DNA of 64,000 bases, from positions 6,815 through 70,814 of the forward strand of contig JAGYNB010000001.1 in assembly GCA_018400015.1 (NCBI GenBank), read 5' to 3'. Below are positions 8,964 through 18,700 of the stretch, in pieces. Numbering within the stretch: the stretch's first letter is position 1; the number at the start of each line of letters is the position of its first letter. A model generated the notes under the pieces. The model was not told where the DNA came from. It searched no databases and saw nothing but the letters and a program-made list of their open reading frames with translations. Source of the stretch: Candidatus Omnitrophota bacterium. Lineage in GTDB: Bacteria > Omnitrophota > Gorgyraeia > Gygaellales > Gygaellaceae. The position numbers and the translations under genes are program-made.

Positions 8964-10041
8964 ATTCCTTTTAGCGGTTATTGCCCACAGGTTTAGATTT
9001 AGCAAAAGTCCCATAGTTGCTTTCTTAGAGGTTACCCAAAAGTGCAATATGAATTGTATATATTGTTCAAGCGACATGGGTTTATCCTCCGGAGAAGAGC
9101 TGAGCTTGGAACAGATCAAGAAATTAATTCGGGATTTTAAGAAGCTGGGTGTTTTTGTTTTTAATATTATTGGCGGCGAGCCGTTGTTGCGCAAAGATTT
9201 AATTGATATTGTACGTTTTGGTGCAAAGCAGGGCCTGATGACCAATATTTTGACTAACGCAACATTGTTAGACCTTCAGACAGCCCAGAATATAAAAAAA
9301 AGCGGTTTGAGCTTGTTTTCCCTTTCTTTGGACGGTTCTAATGAGGCAATTAATTCGTTGACAAGAGGCAAAGGAAGTTTTGAGAGAATTTTAACCGGTA
9401 TCGCTAATGCTATTTCAACAGGTTTGCCGGTTATGGTTAAGATCACCCTGCAGAAACAAAACATCGATGATTTAGAAAATATTGTAAGGTTGTTAATTGA
9501 AAAAAGGGTGAGTTTGTGGACAGCTGATTTTGCCATTCCCTGCGGCAGGGCAAAGGAAATGAGCCCGCTTCAAGATTTTTCAGTACAAGAAAGAGGTAAA
9601 ATTATCGAAAAGATTTATGAGTTGGCGCAAAAGTTTAAAAAACAAATTAGTTTTTTTACAATGGATAAAATTTATTATAATGTTTATTCTTTGAAGCGAG
9701 AAAAGCCCAATGTTTTGCAGAAATTAATGCTTTATTCAAAAGGCGGCTGCGGGGTTTTGGACGGTAATAGCATATATATAAATTGTGATGGTTCTATCCG
9801 CCCGTGTCCATTCTTTCCTTTTGTGTTGCCAGAGGTAAATATAAAAACTCGTAGTGTAATAGATGTGTACCGGTATAATGAATATTTCGGAAAATTACGC
9901 GACAGAAAGAATTTAAAGGGCAAATGTTCAAGGTGTAAATTTAGCTTTATTTGCGGTGGGTGCCGGGCAAGAATATATGCTCAAACCGGAGACTTTTTTG
10001 CCGAAGACGCCTCTTGTGATTTGTTTGAAAGCGCTAGTTAG
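8953..10041 (+). CDS. Radical SAM enzyme with SPASM domain (paralog 3)
   Basis: CNMNCIYCSS motif. C-terminal ...CSRCKFSFICGGCRARIYAQTGDFFAEDASC. Confidence 0.85.
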   Translation: MSFKFLLAVIAHRFRFSKSPIVAFLEVTQKCNMNCIYCSSDMGLSSGEELSLEQIKKLIRDFKKLGVFVFNIIGGEPLLRKDLIDIVRFGAKQGLMTNILTNATLLDLQTAQNIKKSGLSLFSLSLDGSNEAINSLTRGKGSFERILTGIANAISTGLPVMVKITLQKQNIDDLENIVRLLIEKRVSLWTADFAIPCGRAKEMSPLQDFSVQERGKIIEKIYELAQKFKKQISFFTMDKIYYNVYSLKREKPNVLQKLMLYSKGGCGVLDGNSIYINCDGSIRPCPFFPFVLPEVNIKTRSVIDVYRYNEYFGKLRDRKNLKGKCSRCKFSFICGGCRARIYAQTGDFFAEDASCDLFESAS

Positions 10042-10088
10042 GAGGTTAGCTTGACAGCAGTTTATTTATATGCAAGAATACTATCATT

Positions 10089-11921
10089 ATGTGCGGAATA
10101 ATAGGTTATGTAGGTAAAAGGCAGGCTGCAGATGTTGTTCTAAGCGGGCTCAAGCTGCTTGAATACAGAGGTTATGATTCTTGCGGCATGGCCTCTATTG
10201 TGCCTAATAAGAATGCAATTTCAGTGCGGAAACTTCCTTTAAAGGTAGCGGAACTAGAGAAGCTTTTAAAGAAAAAACCGTTATTGGGGCAGATAGCCAT
10301 TGGCCATGTGCGTTGGGCTACGCATGGGGCGCCTAATCAAGTAAATGCCCATCCGCATTGCGATTTCAATGGTGAAATAAGCGTTGTACACAACGGTATT
10401 ATTGAAAACTATCAGCAGCTAAAGAAAGACTTGGTAAAACAAGGAGTTCGTTTCAAAAGTAGTACAGATACAGAAATTATCCCTTATTTGGTTGCAAAAT
10501 ATCATAAAGACAAAACCCTTTTGGATGCGGTTAAAGAAACGGTAGGTGTTTTAGAGGGGTCTTTTGCAATCTGCGTTATGTCGAATAAAGAGCCGGATAC
10601 AATAGTAGGAGCGAGAAAAAATTCACCTTTAGTTGTGGGCATTGGAAAAGAAGAGAATTTTCTTGCCTCCGACATACCAGCATTTTTAAAGTACACAAAA
10701 GATGTTTTGTATCTTAACGATGAAGAGTTGGTGGCGATAACAAAAGACAGTGTTTCGTTATATGATTTTTCCGGCAAAAAAATAGACAGAAAATCTTCTT
10801 TGGTAAAGTGGGATCACGAGCAGGCACAGAAAAAAGGTTTTAGCCACTTTATGCTAAAAGAAATAAATGAACAGCCAGACATATTAGAAAATATGTTGAT
10901 CCACCGTTTGAAGAATAATCAAGTAGGGTTTGAGGAAATGACCATAAAGGACGATTTCTTCCGCGAAGTGGAAAATATTACTATCGTTGCCTGCGGAACA
11001 GCTTTTCACGCCGGGTTAGTAGGTAAATACATAATCGAGTCCACCTGCGGCATAAATGTAAATGTAGCTTATTCCAGCGAGCTAAGATATTCGCGTTTTA
11101 TTCCAAAGAAAAATACCGTGCTTATTGCCATAAGCCAATCCGGAGAAACCGCGGATACGTTAGCAGCCGTAAAAGAAATCAGGAAAGAAGGGGTTAAGGT
11201 ATTGTCTATCTGCAATGTGTTGGGTAGTTCTTTAGCCAGAGATTCCGACGGTGTTATATACACACACGCAGGACCGGAAATAAGTGTTGCTTCTACTAAA
11301 GCATACACAGCCCAGATCGCCATACTTGTTTTATTTATGTTTTATTTATCGCAAATAAAGAACATAGGATTAAAGCCGAATAAAGAAACTTTGTTAAAAA
11401 AACTATTAGAGATTCCGCAATTACAAAGAGATATATTAAAGAATCAAAAGGGTATTCTTAGCTTGGCCAAAAGGCATTCGCATTTTGGTTCTTTTTTGTA
11501 TTTAGGGCGCAATGTTAATTATCCTTCTGCTTTAGAAGGGGCTTTGAAGCTGAAAGAAATTTCTTATATCCCGGCAGAGGGGTATGCCGCAGGAGAAATG
11601 AAGCATGGACCAATTGCTTTAATTGATGAATATAGGGCGGTTGTTTGTATCGCTACAAGATCTTTTGTGTATGACAAGATGATTTCTAACATTCAGGAAA
11701 TCAATGCCCGCAAAGCAAAGATTATAATGGTTGCCAACGAAACAAGCGAGACCCTAAAATCTTTTACCAAAGAAATCATTTGTGTTCCCGCAACAGAAGA
11801 AATATTTTCTCCGCTTCTTGTGGCGCTTCCTTTACAGATTTTAGCTTATGGAATCGCTGTTAAACGCGGATGCGATGTTGATCAGCCTAGGAATCTTGCC
11901 AAATCCGTTACCGTGGAATAA
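10089..11921 (+). CDS. glmS: Glutamine--fructose-6-phosphate aminotransferase (isomerising)
   Basis: MCGIIGY N-terminal nucleophile. Two SIS domains. Ends ...NLAKSVTVE. Confidence 0.95.
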   Translation: MCGIIGYVGKRQAADVVLSGLKLLEYRGYDSCGMASIVPNKNAISVRKLPLKVAELEKLLKKKPLLGQIAIGHVRWATHGAPNQVNAHPHCDFNGEISVVHNGIIENYQQLKKDLVKQGVRFKSSTDTEIIPYLVAKYHKDKTLLDAVKETVGVLEGSFAICVMSNKEPDTIVGARKNSPLVVGIGKEENFLASDIPAFLKYTKDVLYLNDEELVAITKDSVSLYDFSGKKIDRKSSLVKWDHEQAQKKGFSHFMLKEINEQPDILENMLIHRLKNNQVGFEEMTIKDDFFREVENITIVACGTAFHAGLVGKYIIESTCGINVNVAYSSELRYSRFIPKKNTVLIAISQSGETADTLAAVKEIRKEGVKVLSICNVLGSSLARDSDGVIYTHAGPEISVASTKAYTAQIAILVLFMFYLSQIKNIGLKPNKETLLKKLLEIPQLQRDILKNQKGILSLAKRHSHFGSFLYLGRNVNYPSALEGALKLKEISYIPAEGYAAGEMKHGPIALIDEYRAVVCIATRSFVYDKMISNIQEINARKAKIIMVANETSETLKSFTKEIICVPATEEIFSPLLVALPLQILAYGIAVKRGCDVDQPRNLAKSVTVE

Positions 11922-12589
11922 TGCTCTATATAATATCAAGCCCGATAGGTAACCTTAAGGATATAACTTATAGAGCCGTAGAATGTTTAAAATCGTGCGA
12001 TCTCATCGCGTGCGAGGATACACGTAAATCCAGAATTTTACTCAATGCTTATGGTATAGACAAACCAACAACAAGCTATTTTCAATATAACCGCTTTAAG
12101 AAAGAAGCAATGTTGTTGGAAATGCTTAAAAAGAACAAAAACGTAGCTTTACTCAGTGAAGCCGGAACTCCCGGTATAAGCGACCCGGGTTTACATTTAG
12201 TGAGTCTTGCCGTAAAAGAAGGCATGGCGGTTAGTGCTTTGCCCGGGCCATGCGCTTTTATTAATGCTGTTGTTTTGTCAGGTCTGCCAACCGATAAAAT
12301 ACTTTTTGCCGGTTTTTTGCCAAAAAAAGACGGTCCGCAACAAAAAAAACTTATAGAATTTGCTAATACTGGCCATACGGTCGTAATATACGAATCTTGT
12401 CATCGCGTTGTAAGGCTTTTGAATAATATTGAAAAGACACTAGGCAATATAGCTATTGTTTGCTGCAGGGAGATGACCAAGAAATTCGAAGAAGTTTTAA
12501 GAAAAGATGCCGCCGGTCTTGTTAAGCACTTTCAAAACACGAAACCTAAGGGTGAGTTTACCCTTGTGCTCAGATTATTCAACAAATAA
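11921..12589 (+). CDS. rsmI: 16S rRNA (cytidine1402-2'-O)-methyltransferase
   Basis: Tetrapyrrole-methylase-fold RsmI signature: LYIISSPIGNLKDITYRA...CEDTRKS. Confidence 0.9.
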   Translation: MLYIISSPIGNLKDITYRAVECLKSCDLIACEDTRKSRILLNAYGIDKPTTSYFQYNRFKKEAMLLEMLKKNKNVALLSEAGTPGISDPGLHLVSLAVKEGMAVSALPGPCAFINAVVLSGLPTDKILFAGFLPKKDGPQQKKLIEFANTGHTVVIYESCHRVVRLLNNIEKTLGNIAIVCCREMTKKFEEVLRKDAAGLVKHFQNTKPKGEFTLVLRLFNK

Positions 12590-12722
12590 TCCTTACGTAT
12601 GGTCCGAAAACAAAAGAAAACGCTTTCTCGATAGTGCTTTCTTTATATTGTATATAGCATTCCTATATACGATACTTTCCTTAGAGGGCTGATAAACTTT
12701 TATTTAAAAACACAGGTTAAGG

Positions 12723-15700
12723 ATGCGTAAATTTATCAAAAAGGCAATTGCTATTTTTGTATGCTTTGTGTTTGTCTTTGAGCAGGCCGGTTTTGCCCAA
12801 AGCTTAAGCCGGATTGATTTTACTACCCATATAAACACTTTAAACAATCAGTATAGTTATGAAAAGTTTCAACCTGCGCATTTAAGGATGCTTTCTTACG
12901 ATAGATATTCGCAGCAATTTAGTTTTTTGGTCGATAGAGGAGACTACAATAACATAGAAAAAGAATTTTTGAAGCAGGTAACAGATAAGTTGTTTAGGAT
13001 GTTTCTTATCGGTTTAACCCTGCCAGACGATTCATTCTGGGTCAATCTTAGGCCTGATTCTCCCGAAGATATAATTGATAGTAATCTTGCCAAGACAGAT
13101 ATGGGCAGAATTTTTCTTGAGGCAGACCTGCAGCTTAAAAAAGATACAGCACGCTTTACATCTCCAGCAACAAAAGAAGGCAACCTTTATTGGCAGAGGC
13201 TGCAAGAAAAAGCTAATGAGCTTTTTGGGGTTCCAAACGTAAATATTCCTACATTGGCTAGACCATGGATAGTGCCAGGAGAAATAATATTGCGCGAGAC
13301 CGCCAGCGACGTTTATATCTATAAGGCGACTATCAACGTGATGCTCGAAGAAGACTATATAAAAGATTATCCAAGGTTTAATTTTAAGGATAAGCGCATG
13401 AAGGAGTTAAATGAGCATGCCTCAAGGTTGATGCGCGAAATAATAATCCCTCGTCTGGTCAAGGAAGTTAACACAGCTAAAAGATACGCGAGGCTTCGGC
13501 AGGTGTTTTATTCTTTAGTTATGGCGAAATGGTTTAAAGAAAGATTTAAGAATTCATCAGGCCGTTATGTTAGGCTTATCAATCAAGGCAGGCTTGAAGG
13601 TTTATTGTCAAAAGAAAAATGGTCTGTTAAGCCGTATTTTGAAGCCTACCAGAAGTCATTTCAGGAGGGAGAATATGAAATAAAAGTTTTCGGCAAAGGC
13701 GGATCTAACAAGGTAAGAGTTTATTTTAGCGGCGGGGCTTTACCCATGCCTAATGTAATACCTGATCCAGGGGAAACTATTGTTGATTCCGCTACCGGAA
13801 CAACGATAACTTCTATTTCCGCGCAAGAACAAATAGTTTTAGAGCAGGCGCCCCGGATTATCAAACAGGATACAAACGTTTTGATTAGCGAAGGAGAAGA
13901 CGTTTCCATTAATCCCGATGCCGTAGATGAAGACAGAAGATATCATGCTGACGAGAGAGAAAAATATAACCGTATACTTAAGTGGACAGAGACGGCAGAT
14001 CTTTTAAAAAGTGTATGGATCAGAGCATTGTCAGCAATGAATCCGGAAAGAAAAGAAAATCTGTTTAATACCGAAATTGAGCTTTTGATTGATTATCTAC
14101 AGACGCAGAATCCTTTGGGGCAGATTTTAAATAAAGGGAACACCGGCGATAGAATCGTAGTTTTTCAGGTTCCTGGAATTGCCAGGGAAGGTTTTGGCAT
14201 AAAAGACTTAAATGATAAGTTAGGGTACGAGCTTAATACAAGGCTTATCGGTGTTAGAAGGCAGATGATTTCGGAGTTAATGAAAGAAAAAGGGCTTATT
14301 GAAAATGACGGGTTAATTTATAGTACGTACAAAGAAGATGTTTTTCTTGTATCAAGCGATATTCAAATATCGCCGCAGATGTTGCAGGAAATTCAGCATG
14401 AATTGATTGCAAGAATCGGGCAGATTTTAAGAGGCCAATTCGAGTTTAGCAATGCCTTGCGCGTTAATGGTGTTAAGATCCAGCAGTTCAATAATGAGCC
14501 TCTCTATGCTTTAGGTTTTGGCATAGCGCAAATTACCGGTTCTTTGCCGCATGAAAGGATTTTAGCTGACATAAATGCACACCAGGCAATCGTTATAGGA
14601 GAGAATAACGCTGGTTCCAATTACACATTTTCTGAAAAAGATTACAACAAGGTTATTTTCGAGATTGATAGACTTCGTGGTCAACTTAATGAAAATTCGT
14701 ATATTTTTGAAGCAAACGAAGCAGGAGAATTATTTTTGTCACAAGAAGTCGCTGTCGCCCTAAGGGATAATTTGGATTGGGATGGCTTATCAATGCAAGC
14801 GAGAGAACAATTTATAAACGAAGTTAATTTCAATAACGCCAGGCAGTATTTCAGGCTTATTAAAATACAGGATTATATTAAAAAATGGCAGATTGATTTT
14901 GAAAAAGCAAGGGGCCGCTCTCAGCAAATAACCGCTTTAACAGAAAAACTTAAACAGAAGATAGCTCAAAGAGAAGAAAAATATCTTGTACCTATAGATA
15001 ACGAATTGCTTGAATTGGTTGTCCAGGCAAGAGATTTTATTGAAACAGAAACAAAATTGCCGGAGTTTGATTCTGAATTCGCTTTTTACTCCCGCGGTCC
15101 CCCTATGGAGAAGCCGATTTTTGTAACTCTGGATATCAAGAAAATGGGCATTATGAATATAAACGCCAACGAAATAGAACTGCAAAGAGTTTCATCTGCT
15201 CTTCAGTCAGGAGAAGTAGCGTCTTTAGAGGATATTTGGCTTTCGGCCGCAGACAGTGTTACAGAAAATCTTATTGAAACAATGAGAATAGCCAAAGACG
15301 GCATTATCCGAGAATTGGGTATTTCGGAAGATGATTTAACTGTATTAATGGGAGGAGATGAATTTACGTTAGTTTTTGAAGATAATTTGTCTGACAGGTT
15401 AGAAGAAGTTTTATATAAGGTAAAGAACCAGATAAAAGATAAAACTGGGATTGAAGCGAGAATCTGCGCCTCTACTGCAGCTTTAGAATTCGAAAGCGAA
15501 TTTTTTAACCGCAAAGACAATAATTATGAACATTTGGCCTTTGCAAAAACCATTTTAAGTTTAGAGGATGGCATTGCACGGTTAAAAGCATTAGAAAAAC
15601 AAGGCATCCAAGATTTTATAATTATTCAAGATGAAAAAGGTAATTGGCCTGATGTAAAGTCAAGAGTTGAATCAGAAATCAAAAAAGATAAAACTATAAC

Positions 15701-18700
15701 TAGAAGAAGTTTTCTTAGAACACTCGGTTTAGGAACATTGGCTTTAGCAGGCGCAGCTTTTGTCCCTGAATCGGCGAAAGCCGGTATCAGGATGGTTTTA
15801 AGTGATGTGACAGAAGAAAAAGTTTCTGAGTATGAGATGTGGGCGAATCGTTTAGCCGAACTATCCGGGAATAAACAAGAATTTATAGCTGCCTGTAATC
15901 AGCTGCAGCGGCTCATCCATGAAGAAAAAAAACTACATCTTTATAAAGCATACGAAACTGTTATTCAAAGCTCTTTTAATAGATTCCCTCGCGATATTCA
16001 AAGAAGGATTGTTGCTGATACTATAGAATATGTTATTTTCCAGACGGTTAATTTAAAACTTAGCGAACAAGCCAATGCGATTGTTTTAAATTGGCTTTCC
16101 CGCGAAGAAAATCTTAAGTTTGACTCAAAAGACGATTATCAAGTTCAGGCAGATATTGCTTCGCATATAATTCTTTTTTCCTCTAAGTATACCGATACAT
16201 TAGGCAAGGTTTTTAATGGTTATGCAGATGGCGCAATAAAACTCATGAATAAATCAGTTTTCAGGTATTTTGATACGATTAGCAACCAAACTATACAAAA
16301 TAGGTTGATCGATTTTATATCAAATCTCCAGATCAGCGAAAGCAATTTGGATTTGATTAATGAGGTTTTCGCTTCTTTAGGGAGAAAAATCAATGTTATA
16401 CATGATGCAAATGAATATGGCGATTGGCAGGGAGAGATAGTAAAATTTTTAGCTTCTTTTGGAAACAAAGACAGAATATTGCATTTGCTTATTGCTTATG
16501 GAGGCTTTGAACTTTATACGGGAACATTCCAGACTGTCTACAAACTGGCAGAGAAAAGCATAGCGGCAACAGGAGGTATGATTAATTGGTTAAAAAGGGT
16601 CGATGCAGAAAATCTTACCCGTGAACAATTCTTATTAGCCATATCCAGCCGCAATAAGTTGATCGATTTGGTTAGGAATACCAATGCTGATCCGCAGGAA
16701 ATAACGGGCGTATTAATAAATGTATGCGATGTTGTTAAAGAGATAATTGTTAATAAGCACCAGGATAGAAGAAGCTTGGCCTACATATCCAATGCCATAG
16801 AGCAGATATTTCGGTTTGATAACGATCAGGTAAAAGAATATTTAAAAGATATTGTTCTCGCCTTGGCAAAAGAAAACAACCTAACCCTTGTAGTTTTTTC
16901 TTATGTGGTTATTGCTAAGTTTAATGATATTTTTGAAGAAGATATAAAAGAATTTGAAAATGTAGAAAAAAAATTTCTTAATTTAATTAACTATCTTAAT
17001 GCGCCACCAAAAACAGTTTTGATAAACAACCGTTTAGTTGTTTTGGTTGATTATGCAAGTTCAGCTGCAAGTTATTTGGAAGATTTGAAAACCCTTTTTT
17101 CCACTCGTTACAGGTCAAATTATGATATTACTTATCCCAATAAGACAGAGCGGGATGCCGGTATAAAATATAAAATTACCGGGCAGGTTGACGGTATTGA
17201 TATCGAGTTTCATCTTGCAGAAAATATCAAAGGAGAGGATTTTAGAAAAGCTCTCGAGTCCGGTAGGTATTCTATGTTTTGTACAAGACACCATTCTTTT
17301 GAAGGGGCAGAGTTCGCGGGGGTTGGTTCAGATAAGGTATTGCCACAGTTTATTGGTACAATCGGTACTGGCCAAGGAGGAGAAAATAATAGTATGGCAG
17401 TTGTTTTGGCTGAAGAGGTGGCTAAGGCTGTTTCCAGGGATAAACATAACAGTTGGCAAGATATCCGTATGGTGATCGAATCAGGATTAAATCCACAGAC
17501 AGGAAAATTCAATAACGCCGATAGAAGAATGGGTTTGGATAATTTTATTCTTCCAGATTTTCTTGCTAACGTTATGTCATATGTTTTAAATGCCTCTTGG
17601 GATGGATTGCCGGATGCCCAAGAAGTTCGGCCTGTTATTATATTTGACGGCGGATGCGGAGGCGTTAATAGGATTCCCGAATATATCCCCAAGTATAATA
17701 AGGCGTTAGGGAATACGGATTTCTCAAGATTGATTTCTTTGGGTGCGGCTGTTGGCGGGATACAAGGATTAATGAGCGGCAATTTACAGGTCAGCGAGGA
17801 TATTAAGATCGAAATTGATTCAACCGTGGGTTCTAATTACGGATATGGAGAAAGAGTTCCAGAAGAAGAAGTTTTTGAGATTATCAAAAGGGAACGCGAT
17901 GTACAAGAGTTTATGCTTAAAAACCATCCTGAAGTGATACAACAGACGATAGACAATCTTGGTTTTGGTTTTAGTCTAGGCGATTTGGCAAGAATTGTAA
18001 TTTCCTATGAGGCATCCGGAAGCAATAAGCATGTTTTAAAGATCAAAGTTTTTACGGTAACAGGCGAAGAGAAGGCGTTTTTGATAGCTAAAAAAATTCC
18101 AGTAAAAGAAGGGTTTTTATTTGAAGAAGGCGAGGAGTCTGCCCAGCGCAATTTACAAAAAACAGGTTTAGTGCCTAGATTAGGCAAAGTTTATTATTTG
18201 AAAGAAACAGATTCAGGGTTTGAGTATCATGAAAACCCACCAGAAGAAGGCAATTTTGAAACAAGGGTCGCGGAAGAATTTATAAACGGTTTTACTTTAG
18301 CTGAATTAGAGTTTTTTATAGAGCAGTTTTTAGGTACAAAAAAAGCAAGAGAGACAATAAACGGTTTGTTGCAATCTGATCGCGGCAGCAGAGAATATAA
18401 CCTATATCTTGAAAAGTTGAAATCGTTAATTCAAAGTAAGGGGTTTTCAAAGGTTCAGACAGCCAGGCTTATTGAGCTTGCTCAGACCTTGGTGGATTTT
18501 GACAACGAATATAAAATATTGTCCGATGCTGCTGGTCAGTTGTTGCCCGTTAGCTTTATTACTCAGGCTACAAATACTATATTTGATATATTCGCAGCTT
18601 TAAATGAGAACAGCTATTCATTAGAGGCAATATGGTCGCACGATGTTCATTGGAGCAATATAATGTTTGAAAAATCCACAGGCAGGTTAGTCGTAGTTGA

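Noticed and set aside
10042-10088. Possible glmS ribozyme or promoter upstream of glmS
   Set aside because: The gap is only 47 nt, which is too short for the ~170-nt glmS ribozyme. A TTGACA is present but has no properly spaced -10.
12507-12692. 61-aa + strand ORF in the rsmI/giant-gene intergenic region
   Set aside because: It overlaps the rsmI 3' end in another frame and has no RBS. It is more likely promoter or 5'UTR sequence for the giant gene.
17210-17782. 190-aa minus-strand ORF inside the giant gene
   Set aside because: It is antisense to a 6.6-kb ORF with strong coding continuity. The composition is Ser/Pro/Leu-rich, typical of a shadow ORF.
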